Positions 1 to 10,699 of a stretch of 64,000 nucleotides of DNA are shown here, piece after piece. Made by a program: the position numbers and the translations under genes. The stretch comes from Candidatus Dormiibacterota bacterium. GTDB lineage: Bacteria > Chloroflexota > Dormibacteria > Aeolococcales > Aeolococcaceae. The notes beneath the pieces are model-generated. The model made no database searches, was not told the origin of the DNA, and saw only the letters and a list, made by a program, of their open reading frames with translations. The stretch covers positions 163,569 to 227,568 of the forward strand of contig CAVYGR010000008.1 of NCBI GenBank assembly GCA_963768105.1, read 5' to 3'. Every line of letters begins with the position of its first letter. Position 1 is the first letter of the stretch.

Positions 1-108
1 CCCGGCCTCTACATGTGCGGCGCCGGCACGCATCCCGGCGGCAGCGTCATGGCGATCAACGGCCGCAACTGCGCGATGGCGGTGCTCGCCGACACCGCGC
101 CGCGCTGA
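1..108 (+). CDS. C-terminal fragment of phytoene dehydrogenase-like NAD(P)/FAD oxidoreductase (partial at window edge)
   Basis: Own translation PGLYMCGAGTHPGGSVMAINGRNCAMAVLADTAPR*; GLYxCGAGTHPGGxV is the C-terminal FAD-binding motif of this family. Confidence 0.8.
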   Translation, partial: PGLYMCGAGTHPGGSVMAINGRNCAMAVLADTAPR

Positions 109-115
109 GCGTGAG

Positions 116-1598
116 CTAGCGGCGGATCCGCAGGGCGTTGCGAATCACCGCATCTCCTCGCGGTCGGCGACGCGCAGCGCGAGCAGCACAGCCGCGTAGA
201 TCAGCGCGGACGCGAGCACGACGACGGCAAGCATCACCCTGCTCTGATGCGGGTTGGCGACGTAGATGAAGGCGCCCATGACCACACCGGCGACGATCGC
301 CTTCCACGAGGTGCTCACCACCCTGATGCGCCCAGCTGAGCGCGGAGCACGATCCAGCCGACCACCACCAGGGCCGCCTCGGTGACCACCACCGCCCAGC
401 TGGCGCCGAGGTAGCCGTAGCGGGGGATCACGATCAGGTTGACGCCGACGTTGATCACCAGGCCGACCATGGCGACGAACGCGAACACGTTCTGCTTGTC
501 GATCGCGTTGAGCGTCGCCGCAAAAGTGTTGTCGGCGAACATGAAGACGATCGCCAGCGACAGGATCTGCAGCGCGGGCTCCGATCCGGGGTAGAGATCG
601 AGCAGGCTGTTGAACTGCGGGGCGAGCAGGAACACGCCGACGGTGATCGGCCAGCCGAGGATGACCAGCGCCTTGAAGAATTTCTCCGCAAGGGGAAGCA
701 CCCGCCCCGGTGATCGCCGGTGATAGACCGAGAGCACGGGAAACACCACGCTGCGCAATGCGAACGGGATGAAGAGCAACGACTCGAATGGCTTGTACGC
801 GAGCGTGTAGTTGCCGACCTCGGAATACGGCCGGAAGCGCTGCAGGATGGGGACGTCGACCTTGAAGTAGACGGTGGTGATGATGAAGGTGATCCCGAGC
901 GGGACGGCGACGCGCACCCAGGAGAGCAGCAGTCCCGGTTCGAACTGAAATCCCGGACGGAGCACACCCATCACGATCAGCACGGTGCCGAAATACACGC
1001 ACGCGAACGCGTAGCTGATCGCGTAGGCCCAGAGGAAGAAGCCGGTATCGGCGTGGATGTGCACGCCGACCAGGACGAGTGCGAAGACGACCAGTGTTTC
1101 CGGAATGATCTCGATGATCTCGAAGGTGAGCCGCTGCATCGCGTACAGCGTGTTGCGCAGCAGCAACTGATAGCCGGAGAGCACCAGGATCGCGAAGCAC
1201 GGCCAGAGCAGCGAGCGCACCCCGGCGATGTAGAGCGCGGCGAAGATCAGCGGCAGTCCGACGGCCGCACCGACCAGCTTGAGCGAGGCGACGTTGTTCC
1301 AGTACCTCGCCAGCTCGTTGGTGTGGCGCGCGCCCTCCCGGACGTAGAGCGCGGAGAACCCCAGGTCGGTGACGGTCCCGATCAGACCGACGTAGGTGAT
1401 CGCCGTCTGCATCTCGCCGAACCTGTCCTTTCCGAGGAAGTTGGCGACGATGATCACCGCGACGAGCGCAACGATCCGCGAGATCACGCGCACGATGAGG
1501 ATGAGGATCGTGTTGCGCAGCGCCCGCATCCCCAGGCCGCCGGGCAGGTCGGGCGCGGCGCCCGCGGCCGGTGCGGTTTCGTCCTGCAAGGCGCTCAT
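116..1598 (-). CDS. Wzx-type polysaccharide flippase (frameshifted near 320 and 145)
   Basis: ORF 315..1598 has many TM segments with NVxVNLIVIPRYGYLGASWA; C-terminal helices (WKAIVAGVVMGAFIY...REEMR, IRNALRIRR) continue in other frames to 116. Confidence 0.85.
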
Positions 1599-1656
1599 TC
1601 TATCGTCGCCTCCGCGCAGTGCCCGTCAGCAATGCCGGTCGATACACTCGGGGCAC

Positions 1657-3383
1657 ATGCCTGACGTCGCCGCCGAGCGACTCCGCAGCCAGAGCGACAG
1701 CGCGCGCACCGATGGCGGCGCCCTGATGGCGCGCACCCTGCGCGAGCGCGGCGTGACCACCATGTTCGCCTTGCCGGGCGGCCACATCCTGCCCCTTGCT
1801 CGACGCCTGCCTCGATGAGGACATCCGGGTCATCGACACGCGTCACGAGGGCGCCGCGGTGCTCGCCGCGGAGGGCTGGGCGCTGGCAACCGGGGACACC
1901 GGCGTCGCCGCCGTGACCGCGGGCCCGGGCTTCGCCAACGGCCTCATCGGGCTCCTCGACGCCGGCGCGTGGAGCGTCCCGCTGGTCATGCTCGCCGGTC
2001 GCACCGGCCGCTCGAAACAGGGCCGCGGGCGCGGTGATGGACATCGACCAGCGCGCCATCGCCGCGCCGATCGCGAAATGGTCGGCGAGCTGCGGCGATG
2101 CCGGTCGGGTCCCGCGCTACGTCGCCGAGGCGATGTACCGGGCGCGGAGCGGATGCCCCGGCGCGGTCTACCTCGACGTCGACGCCGACGCGGTCTACGC
2201 GCGGGCGGCCCCGCTCGACGTGGTCGCGCCGGGATTCCCGACCTCGCCACCGCGCCCCTGCGCCTCGCCCACCGAGACCGGAGCACTGATCGCGGCGCTG
2301 TCGACGGCGCAGCGGCCGCTGATCGTGGCCGGCAGCGGCGCCTTCTGGTCCGGCGCCGGTAGGGAAATCGCCCGCTTCGCCGAGATCGCCCGGATCCCGG
2401 TGATCACCGCCAGCGCGGCCCGCGGTGTGGTCGCCAACTCCCACCCGTGGAGCCTCGGTTCGCTGGTCCACGGCGGCCTCGCCATCCCCAGCGCCGATTG
2501 CGTGCTGGTGCTCGGCACCGCGTTCAACGCCAATGTCATGTACGGCGGCGCGCCCCTCTTCGGCGCCGAACAGACGCTGCTCCAGGTGGACATCTCGGCC
2601 GACCGACTCGGCGGCAATCGCGCCGCCGACGTCGCGGTCGTGGGTGACGTCGGCGCGGTGGTTCGGGATCTCTCCGACGCCTGGGCCTCGACGCCGCCCG
2701 GCCGCGATGCGTGGCTCGAGCGTGCCCGGTCGCTCGCGGCCGCGTCGCTCGACTTCTGGGATCGTCAGGTCGACGAACACACCGGCGACCTCGTGCACGC
2801 CGGAGCGGTGGCACGCGACCTGGCGTTGTTCGTCAGCGAGCGCTTCAACGGCGCCGCGACCCTCGTCGCCGACGGCGGCGACGCCCTGGCGTGGGCGCTC
2901 GCGTACTTCGACGCCGAGCTGCCCGGTCGCCTGCTCACCACCACCACCGCGCTGGGGACGCTCGGCGTCGGCATGCCGTTCGCGCTCGCGGCGCGGGCGG
3001 CCCGCCCCGACGAACCGGTCTTCCTCTTCACCGGCGACGGGTCCTTCGGCCTGAGCGCCATGGAGATCAACACCGCGGTGCGGCACCACCTGCCGATCGT
3101 CGTGGTGGTGTCGAACAACGCCGGCTGGGGGGACGTCCAGCACGAGCAGGACGACGCCTTCGGCCCGGGGCGTCATGTGGCAAGCCGGCTGCCGGGCGCC
3201 CGATATGATCGCCTCGCCGAGGCGCTGGGCGGCCACGGGGAGCGCGTCGAGCACCTCGACGAGCTCCGCCCCGCGCTCGAGCGCTCGCTCGCCGGCGGCG
3301 TCTGCAGCGTCATCGACGTCCAGACCGATCCGTCCGTGCTGTCCGAGTTGCTCCGCATGGTGGCCCAGCTCGGGCTGATGTGA
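1657..3383 (+). CDS. Thiamine-diphosphate-dependent enzyme, acetolactate synthase/2-hydroxyacyl-CoA lyase-like (frameshifts ~1795 and ~2030)
   Basis: Pieces DGGALMARTLRERGVTTMFALPGGHILP / DTRHEGAAVLAAEG...TAGPG / GDGSFG...NN ThDP motif lie in three frames. Confidence 0.85.
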
Positions 3384-3386
3384 TCC

Positions 3387-4382
3387 ATGCGCGCGGTCAA
3401 GCTCCTCGACGCCCACCTCCTCGAGCTCGTGGAGCTCCCCGAGCCTGAGGCCGCGCCCGGAGAGGTGGTGGTCAGGGTCGACGGCTGCGGCATCTGCGGC
3501 TCGGACCTGACCTCGTTCAAGGTGGGGCTGTTCACCGGCACGGTTCCCGGTCACGAGCTTGCGGGCGTGGTCGACGGCGTCGGCAGTGGAGTGAGCGATT
3601 GGCGCGCCGGCGACGAGGTGGTCATCGACCCCAAGATCCCCTGCGGCGTGTGCGACGACTGCCGGAGCGGCGCGGGCCACCGCTGTGCCATGGCGCTGAC
3701 CGCGGGCATCGGCTTCGCGCGCGACGGCGGGTTCGCCGAGCTGGTGGCGGCGCCCGCGGCACTCCTCCACCGCCTGCCCGCAGGACTCGCCCTCGAGCAC
3801 GCCTGCCTCGTGGAACCGCTGTCCGTTGCCATACACGGCGTGCAACGCGCCCGGATCCATCCAGGGGACGCGGCGGTGGTGATCGGCCTCGGCTCGATCG
3901 GCCTGCTCAGCGTGGCCACGCTTCGCGCCGGAGGGGTCGGGACGATCATCGGGGTCGATCCGGTGGCCGACCGCCGGCGGCTTGCGCTCGATCTCGGCGC
4001 CGAGGCGGCGGTGGCGGAGCTCCGCGAGGTCAGAGGGCTGATCGCGCCGCCGCCGGCGGTGATCGAGTGCTCCGGCCATGCCCCGTTGCTGCACGCCGCC
4101 GCGGACCTGGTCGCACCCGGGGGCCGTCTGGTCCTGGTCGGCGTGCCCTTCGGTGAGACCATGGTCATACCCCTGATGTGGGTGACCCGTGAGATCGAGA
4201 TCGTGGGGAGCATCGCGTCCGGCGGCGCGGACTTCGAGGCCTCGCTGGAGATGCTCGCCGCCGACCCCGGCATCGCCCGGATCGTGACTCGGCGAGCGTC
4301 GCTGGCCGAGCTGCCGGCGGTCTTCGAAGAGCTGCTCAGCCCCGCTTCGGGCGGGAAGGTGGTCGTCGACCCGCGGCTTTGA
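3387..4382 (+). CDS. Zn-dependent alcohol/threonine dehydrogenase family (MDR)
   Basis: CGICGSD, GHE, CxxCxxC...C structural Zn, GLGSIG Rossmann motif. Confidence 0.92.
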   Translation: MRAVKLLDAHLLELVELPEPEAAPGEVVVRVDGCGICGSDLTSFKVGLFTGTVPGHELAGVVDGVGSGVSDWRAGDEVVIDPKIPCGVCDDCRSGAGHRCAMALTAGIGFARDGGFAELVAAPAALLHRLPAGLALEHACLVEPLSVAIHGVQRARIHPGDAAVVIGLGSIGLLSVATLRAGGVGTIIGVDPVADRRRLALDLGAEAAVAELREVRGLIAPPPAVIECSGHAPLLHAAADLVAPGGRLVLVGVPFGETMVIPLMWVTREIEIVGSIASGGADFEASLEMLAADPGIARIVTRRASLAELPAVFEELLSPASGGKVVVDPRL

Positions 4383-5034
4383 CCGGGCGCGCGGAGGCCG
4401 GCCCGGCCGCCGCCGGCGCCGGGGCGACCACCACGGGGACCGGCGCCACCGCGCGCCAGCAGTACCAGGCCGCGGTGCTGCGATACGGACGCAGGGGGTC
4501 ACCGAGCACCGCCAGCTCCTTCGGGGTCGGCATCGTGCTCAGGCCGTGGATGCGGGCCCAGCCGTTGCGCACCCCCAGGTCGTCGACCGGCCAGACATCC
4601 GGGCGATGGAGCTGGAAGAGCAGGAACATCTCGGCGGTCCACCGCCCCACGCCGCGCACCGTGACGAGGCGCTCGACGATGGCGTCGTCGCCGAGCCCGT
4701 CGAGGTCGTTGACGGGCACCGTCCCGTCGACGAACTTCGCCGCCAGGTCGATGATCGCCGCCAGCTTGTTGGCGGAGAGCCCCGCAGCCCGCATCACCTC
4801 GGGCTTGGCGGCGAGCACGCTCTCGGGCCGAACCGGGGCGCCACCCAGCGCCGTCACCAACCGGGCGTGGATGGTGCGCGCGGCAGCGCCGGCAAGCTGC
4901 TGGAAGACGATGGCGCTGAGCAGCGCCTCGAACGCCGAGTCTGCGTCGGGACGGATTTCCATACCGGGAACCGTCTCGATGATCCGGCGGAACGCGGGGT
5001 CGGCGCGGACGACGTGCGCCGCGGCGCGACTCAT
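4336..5034 (-). CDS. alkA: DNA-3-methyladenine glycosylase II (HhH-GPD)
   Basis: AIVFQQL, VRGVGRWTAEMFL, DVWPVDDLGVR, PYRSTAAWYCW; ATG at 5034. Confidence 0.88.
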   Translation of the reverse strand: MSRAAAHVVRADPAFRRIIETVPGMEIRPDADSAFEALLSAIVFQQLAGAAARTIHARLVTALGGAPVRPESVLAAKPEVMRAAGLSANKLAAIIDLAAKFVDGTVPVNDLDGLGDDAIVERLVTVRGVGRWTAEMFLLFQLHRPDVWPVDDLGVRNGWARIHGLSTMPTPKELAVLGDPLRPYRSTAAWYCWRAVAPVPVVVAPAPAAAGPASARPVKAAGRRPPSRPKRG

Positions 5035-5039
5035 GCGGG

Positions 5040-5558
5040 TCACCGCGGCTGCGGCTCGTGCATCGCCGCCATTCCATCGACGACTCGCGCCTGCGGCAGC
5101 CGGAGCAACGCAGCCGGCGCGAGGCGCACCTTCATCGAGCGGCTGCCGCCGCCGATCACCACCGAGTGCTGCTCCATCACGTGCGCATCGATGTAGAGAG
5201 GAAGGTCTGCAGGAAGTCCGAAGGGCGTGACACCACCGATCATCATGCCGGTGAGGTCGCGGGTCTGCTCCGCGCTCGCGAACGACGCCTTGCGCACCCC
5301 GAGGAGGTCGCAGACCGCGTGATTGACATCGAGCCGGCACGTCGCCAGCACCAGGCAAGCGCACGCGGTCCCGGGTTCCTTGCGCGCCGCGACCACGATG
5401 GTGTTCGCCGACTCCTCCGGCGGCACGCCGTACCTCGCGCAGAACGCGGCGGTATCGGCGAACTCCGGATCGCACGCGAGGATCTCGTGCTCCACGCCGA
5501 GCGCGTCGAGGCGCTCGCGCACCCTCGCCTCGATCGCCGGCGCGTCGTCAGCGAGCAT
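5040..5558 (-). CDS. YbaK/EbsC family aminoacyl-tRNA deacylase
   Basis: ANTIVV, ASFAS, TGMMIGGVTPFGLP, GGGSR motifs. Confidence 0.88.
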   Translation of the reverse strand: MLADDAPAIEARVRERLDALGVEHEILACDPEFADTAAFCARYGVPPEESANTIVVAARKEPGTACACLVLATCRLDVNHAVCDLLGVRKASFASAEQTRDLTGMMIGGVTPFGLPADLPLYIDAHVMEQHSVVIGGGSRSMKVRLAPAALLRLPQARVVDGMAAMHEPQPR

Positions 5559-5596
5559 CGCGTCCCTGCGGCCGACCCGTAGAGTCCTCCCCCAGC

Positions 5597-6739
5597 ATGC
5601 GCATCTCCGCTCCTGCAGAGACGGCTCCGGGCGAGACCCGGGTCGCGCTCGTTCCCCGGTCGGCGACGCAGTTGGAATCCACGGGCGCCACAGTAGCCAT
5701 TCAGGCCGGAGCGGGGTCCGCCGCTGGGCTGCCCGACGCCGCCTACCGCGAGGCCGGCGCCGAGGTGGTGGCGGATCGCGCGGCGCTGCTCGGCGATTCG
5801 GACATCGTGGTCGTGGTCCGCCGACCGGAGCGCGCGCTGGTGGGCGAGCTCAAGCGTGGGGCGATCCTGGTCGGCGTGCTCGAGCCGGCGGGTGACCTCG
5901 AGCTGGTGCGCGCCCTCATCGACGGGGGCGTGACCGCGTTCCGGCTCGAGGCCATGCCCCGGATCAGCCGCGCGCAGGACATGGACGTGCTCTCGTCGAT
6001 GGCGACGCTCGCCGGGTACCACGCCGCGGTCATGGCCGCGTACCGCCTGCCCAGGATCTTCCCGCTGATGATGACCGCGGCGGGGACGCTCACCCCCGCT
6101 CGGGCGTTGATCCTCGGCGCGGGCGTGGCCGGGTTGCAGGCGATCGCAACCTGCCGGAGGCTCGGCGCCGTGGTCGAGGCCTTCGACGTTCGACCCGCGG
6201 TGCGCGACCAGGTGGAATCGTTGGGCGCGCGCTTCGTCGAGACCGGTGTCGAGTTGGAGACTGCGCAGGACACCGGCGGCTACGCGCGCGAGCTCGCGGC
6301 CGACGCGCAGGAGCGCCAGCTCGAGGTGCTCGCCGAGCACGTGCGCGACTTCGACGTGGTCATCTCCACCGCGCTGATCCCCAATCGCAAGGCGCCGATC
6401 CTCGTGACCGCGGCGATGGTCGCGTCGATGCGCAGCGGCTCGGTGATCGTCGACCTCGCCGCGTCCGGCGGCGGCAACTGCGAGCTCACCCATCCCGACC
6501 AGGAGGTGATCAACCACGGCGTGGTCATCCTCGGGCCCACCAACCTTCCCGCGGCCATCCCCGGGCAGGCGAGCCAGCTCTACTCGCACAACGCCACGCG
6601 CTTCGTGACTCAGCTGCTCAAGGACGGTCAGGTGCGTCTCGATTTCGACGACGTCGTGATCAGTCAGACGTGCATCACCCACGACGGCAAGCCGATGGGC
6701 GAGCAGATCGACGCGCTGCTGCAGGGAGCGGGCGCGTGA
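5597..6739 (+). CDS. pntA: NAD(P) transhydrogenase alpha subunit, domain I
   Basis: ETRVALVP, PRISRAQDMDVLSSM, GAGVAGLQA, DLAASGGGNCE. Confidence 0.95.
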   Translation: MRISAPAETAPGETRVALVPRSATQLESTGATVAIQAGAGSAAGLPDAAYREAGAEVVADRAALLGDSDIVVVVRRPERALVGELKRGAILVGVLEPAGDLELVRALIDGGVTAFRLEAMPRISRAQDMDVLSSMATLAGYHAAVMAAYRLPRIFPLMMTAAGTLTPARALILGAGVAGLQAIATCRRLGAVVEAFDVRPAVRDQVESLGARFVETGVELETAQDTGGYARELAADAQERQLEVLAEHVRDFDVVISTALIPNRKAPILVTAAMVASMRSGSVIVDLAASGGGNCELTHPDQEVINHGVVILGPTNLPAAIPGQASQLYSHNATRFVTQLLKDGQVRLDFDDVVISQTCITHDGKPMGEQIDALLQGAGA

Positions 6740-7087
6740 ACGGCGGGCTGAACTCCGGGCCAGACCCTCGCGCTGGGTGCGTTCATCTTCGCGCTCGCGG
6801 TCTTCGTCGGCTTCCTGCTCATCTCCAAGGTGCCGACGATGCTGCACACGCCGCTGATGTCGGGGACCAACTTCATCCATGGCATCGTGCTGGTGGGCGC
6901 GCTGACCGTGGCCGGCACCGCCAATGACACGCTGGGATACGTCATCGCCATCGTCGCGGTGCTGCTCGGCACCCTCAACGTCGTCGGTGGATGGGTGGTG
7001 ACCGATCGCATGCTGCAGATGTTCCGGCGTCGTCCGGCGGCGGACGCGCACAAGGCCGAGCCGCCACCGACGGCGCCGGTGCCCTGA
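6736..7087 (+). CDS. pntA: NAD(P) transhydrogenase alpha subunit part 2 (membrane; +1 frameshift near 6760)
   Basis: GTG at 6736 overlaps upstream stop; ...FVGFLLISKVPTMLHTPLMSGTNFIHG...VTDRMLQMF. Confidence 0.9.
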
Positions 7088-7162
7088 CCGCGATGCAGCT
7101 GGCTGAAATCACGGTCCGGTATTGACAGTGGTACGGCCGTACGCGCTCGCCGCGTCGACACC

Positions 7163-8566
7163 ATGCTGATCGCGCAGCCGTCCGCGCTCACGACGCTCGG
7201 ATACCTGCTGACCGCCGTCAGCTTCATGTTCGGCATCCAGCTGCTGCGATCCCCGGCGACCGCGCGTCAGGGCAATCGCGTCGCCGCCGTCGGCATGCTG
7301 CTCGTGCTCGGCATCACCGCCGCGCTCATTCACAACACCGGCAACTGGCCGTTGATCATCCCGCCGATCATCATCGGCACCGTCATCGGAGCGGTGTCGG
7401 CACGCCTGGTGCGCATGACCGCCATGCCCCAGATGGTGGCGCTGTTCAACGGCATGGGCGGCGGCTCGGCGGCGCTCATCGCCGCGCAGGATTTCCGCAC
7501 CGCGGTCGCGAGCGGGACCGCGCATCCCGACGTGACGTGGGCGATCATGGTGAGCTGCGTCATCGGATCACTGAGCTTCGCCGGCAGCCTCATCGCCTTC
7601 GCCAAGCTGCAGGAGCTGATGCCGGGGCGGCCGCTCACCTATCGACTCCAGAGCGCCGTCAACGGCGCGTTGCTCCTGGTGATCATCGGGCTCGCCGTCT
7701 ACCTGATCGTCGCCGACCAGAACCTCGCGCTCTTCGCGCTCTACGTCGCGCTGTCATTGCTCCTCGGCGTGCTCTTCGTCATCCCGATCGGTGGAGCGGA
7801 CATGCCGGTGATCATCTCCCTGCTCAACTCCTTCACCGGGCTGGCCGCGGCGACCACCGGTTTCGTGCTGAGCAACGACGTGCTCATCGTCAGCGGCGCA
7901 CTGGTGGGCGCGTCGGGAACCATCCTCACGCTGGCGATGAGCCGTGCGATGAACCGGTCGCTGTTCAACGTGCTGTTCAGCGGCTTCGGATCAAAGGTCG
8001 AGGTGGCAGGCAGCGCGGCCGGTGCCGAGGGAGGGACCATCCACCCGACGACCGTCGAGGACCTCGCGCCGCTGCTCGCCTTCGCGCAGCTGGTGATCTT
8101 CGTCCCCGGGTACGGCATGGCGGTCGCGCGCGCGCAGCACGAGGTGAAGGAGCTCGCCGACGAGCTCGAGAAGCGCGGCGTCACCATCGAATACGCCATC
8201 CACCCGGTGGCGGGCCGCATGCCGGGGCACATGAACGTGCTGCTCGCAGAGGCCAACGTCCCCTACCCGCAGCTCAAGGAGATGGACGCGGTCAACGGTG
8301 ATTTCGCGCGTACCGACGTCGCGATGGTGATCGGCGCCAACGACGTCGTGAACCCGGCGGCGCGCACGCAGTCCAACAGCCCGATCTTCGGGATGCCCAT
8401 CCTCGACGTCGACCAGGCCAAGACGGTGGTCGTGCTCAAGCGCAGCATGGCCACGGGGTTCGCCGGGGTCGACAATCCCCTCTTCTACGAGCCGAACACG
8501 CTGATGCTCTTCGGGGATGCGCGCGCCTCGGTTGCCGCGCTGATCGCCGAGGTCAAGAAGCAGTAG
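7163..8566 (+). CDS. pntB: NAD(P) transhydrogenase beta subunit
   Basis: MTAMPQMVALFNGMGG, GGADMPV, PGYGMAVA, HPVAGRMPGHMN, GANDVVNP. Confidence 0.97.
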   Translation: MLIAQPSALTTLGYLLTAVSFMFGIQLLRSPATARQGNRVAAVGMLLVLGITAALIHNTGNWPLIIPPIIIGTVIGAVSARLVRMTAMPQMVALFNGMGGGSAALIAAQDFRTAVASGTAHPDVTWAIMVSCVIGSLSFAGSLIAFAKLQELMPGRPLTYRLQSAVNGALLLVIIGLAVYLIVADQNLALFALYVALSLLLGVLFVIPIGGADMPVIISLLNSFTGLAAATTGFVLSNDVLIVSGALVGASGTILTLAMSRAMNRSLFNVLFSGFGSKVEVAGSAAGAEGGTIHPTTVEDLAPLLAFAQLVIFVPGYGMAVARAQHEVKELADELEKRGVTIEYAIHPVAGRMPGHMNVLLAEANVPYPQLKEMDAVNGDFARTDVAMVIGANDVVNPAARTQSNSPIFGMPILDVDQAKTVVVLKRSMATGFAGVDNPLFYEPNTLMLFGDARASVAALIAEVKKQ

Positions 8567-8960
8567 GCGGCGCCTCCATCGTTCCCGTGGCGGCGACAGT
8601 GCGGAGCGCCCTGAGCAGGTCTGCCGGCGCCGTGTCCTTCACCACGTAGCCGACCGCGCCGCTCTTCAACGCCTCGACCATCCGCTCGTGGCCGCCGAAC
8701 GACGTCAGCATCATCACGCGCGTGTCGGGCGTCGTCTCGACCAGACGCCGGGTCGCCTCGATCCCGCCCATGCCGGGCATGGACAGGTCCATGAGCACGA
8801 CGTCCGGGTGCACCTCGAGGGCCATCTCGAGTGCCTGCTCACCGGAGTCCGCCAGGCCGACCACCTCGATGTCGGCCTCGTGACCGAGAAACGAGGCTAG
8901 CCCCTTGCGGACGACCGGATGGTCGTCCACGATCATGACGCGTATGGCTGCGGGGGGCAT
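8553..8960 (-). CDS. Stand-alone NarL-type receiver-domain response regulator (no HTH)
   Basis: IVDDHPVVR, DVVLMDLSMP, LTS, GYVVK; ends 135 aa in, abutting pntB. Confidence 0.88.
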   Translation of the reverse strand: MPPAAIRVMIVDDHPVVRKGLASFLGHEADIEVVGLADSGEQALEMALEVHPDVVLMDLSMPGMGGIEATRRLVETTPDTRVMMLTSFGGHERMVEALKSGAVGYVVKDTAPADLLRALRTVAATGTMEAPPTAS

Positions 8961-8971
8961 CCGAGGTCACT

Positions 8972-10471
8972 CTAGCCGATGGGCAGCGTCAACACGACGA
9001 GCGTGCCGCGGCCGGGCTCGGAATCGATGGTCAGAGTACCGCCGGCCTCCTCGGCCAGGTCGACGATCGCCGACGTGCCGAGGTGATGCTCCGCCCGGCG
9101 ACGTGCGACGTCAGCCTGGCTGAAGCCCTTGCCGTCGTCCTGGATGCAGAGGATCGCCGAACCGTCCTCGGTGGTCAGTTCGACGCTGACGTTCTTCGCC
9201 TGCGAATGCGCGGCGACGTTGCGCAGCACCTCCTGGGCGACGCGGAAGATGAGCGCCGCGCGATCCTTGCGCAGGCGGAGGTTGGGCGGGAGATCGAGGG
9301 TGCTGTTCGTGCCCTTGCGTTTGATGTCGGCAAGCACCTCGATGAGCGCCGCCTGCAGCCCCTCGCGCCTGAGCGTCGGGGGAGCGAGATCGATGATCAG
9401 TGTGCGCAGGCCCTTCATCGCGTCGCGCGTTTCCGTGGCCGACCGTTCGAGCAGGTCGATCAGCTCGCTCCGCCCGTTCATCGCGTCGGGTTCCCCCTTG
9501 AGCTGAGACGCCTCCGCGGACAGCGCGAACGCGAGTCCGGCAAGGTTCTGCACGACGCCGTCGTGAAGGTCCGCGGCAATCTTCGTGCGCTCTCGCTCCG
9601 AGGCCTCGGCCTCTTTTCGGAGCAGTTCAAGGCGCTCCTTCTGGTGCCTCGTGTTCTCCACGTCGAAGGCGTGCGACCTGATCGCGAAAATGATCAGGTA
9701 GACGTGGAGCACGATGACCGGCGCCAGCAGGGCCATGAAGCCCACCACGCCGGCGTCGCCCTGCATGACGACGAAGGCGAAGGCTGCGAACCCGTACCCG
9801 ATGCTGTACGGCAGCACGGTCAGGCGAGACCGCAGGACGACGAGCGCCGGCTTGCCTTCGGCGAGATGGAACACCACCGCAGCCGATCCGGAGTTCAGCG
9901 CGAAGTGCGCGAATCCCGCCGCGAGACCCGCCGTGAGCGCAGCCGGCGGGGTGTGACCGACGAGCTGTTCGACGCCCTGGAACACCGCCCAGGCGGTCGT
10001 GTTGGCGAGGAAGATATTCGCGATGTTGAAGCTGGTGCGGAACCAGCCATTGTGGTTTCGGACGATCACGCCGAGCGGCTCCGCCACCGCGCCGACGAGT
10101 GCGCCCGTGGGTCCCAATGCCACGGCAAGACCGAGGTGGACGAATATCGTCGGGGTCCAACCGATCTTGGCCGGTCCAGTCGGTGGGAGCACGTACACCG
10201 ACATCAGAAAGATGGTCACGCCGCCCAGCGCCAGGGTGAGCGCCAGTTGGTGCACGGGCGGCGTGGGCAAACGCAGCGTGACCGCGGCGATCAACACCGC
10301 GGCACCGACCACGGTCGCGACGTACCCGACCAGCGCCGGGTTGTACGCGACCGGGCCCAGCGCGGGCGTCGACGGCAGGATGTCGAGACGACGGATCGCG
10401 CGCCCCACGGCGCCGAACTTCGGACGATGGTCTGCGTGACGCGTCTGGGGCGCGGCGATATCTTGCGCCAT
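8972..10471 (-). CDS. Multi-TM sensor histidine kinase, HisKA_3 (NarX/ComP-like)
   Basis: Long hydrophobic N-terminal region, H-box ERTKIAADLHDGVVQ, EVLRNVAAHS, DDGKGF, SEPGRGT. Confidence 0.92.
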   Translation of the reverse strand: MAQDIAAPQTRHADHRPKFGAVGRAIRRLDILPSTPALGPVAYNPALVGYVATVVGAAVLIAAVTLRLPTPPVHQLALTLALGGVTIFLMSVYVLPPTGPAKIGWTPTIFVHLGLAVALGPTGALVGAVAEPLGVIVRNHNGWFRTSFNIANIFLANTTAWAVFQGVEQLVGHTPPAALTAGLAAGFAHFALNSGSAAVVFHLAEGKPALVVLRSRLTVLPYSIGYGFAAFAFVVMQGDAGVVGFMALLAPVIVLHVYLIIFAIRSHAFDVENTRHQKERLELLRKEAEASERERTKIAADLHDGVVQNLAGLAFALSAEASQLKGEPDAMNGRSELIDLLERSATETRDAMKGLRTLIIDLAPPTLRREGLQAALIEVLADIKRKGTNSTLDLPPNLRLRKDRAALIFRVAQEVLRNVAAHSQAKNVSVELTTEDGSAILCIQDDGKGFSQADVARRRAEHHLGTSAIVDLAEEAGGTLTIDSEPGRGTLVVLTLPIG

Positions 10472-10693
10472 TAGATCGATCCTATTCTGTTCTGCATCGC
10501 CGGAGCGGCACTATCTGCGTGACAGCATTGTCAGCGCATCATGCGGCAAATCCCTGGCCAGCGCTAGCGTTTGACGCGTTAGCAACGGGCTCGCGCATCA
10601 ATCGCGTCAGCGAATCCGGCGCATCGATTCGATCAAAAAATGTGAACGCGAGATGCGCGCGATGGTCTTAAGCCTAGGAACCCTCCGCAGCGT

Positions 10694-10699
10694 TACAGT
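10694..10699 (+). promoter_or_regulatory. Putative -10 element (TACAGT) for the micro-ORF/MFS transcript
   Basis: TAnnnT hexamer 70 nt upstream of the GGAGG-led ATG in an AT-richer intergenic region. Confidence 0.35.

Noticed and set aside
1986-4502. 838-aa minus-strand ORF and similar long Arg/Gly-rich ORFs (e.g. 5243..7051, 9083..10474)
   Set aside because: Antisense shadows of real genes in high-GC DNA
7122-7142. TTGACA and GTACGGCCGTAC palindrome before pntB as an internal promoter/operator
   Set aside because: No matching -10 at 16-18 bp; unsupported
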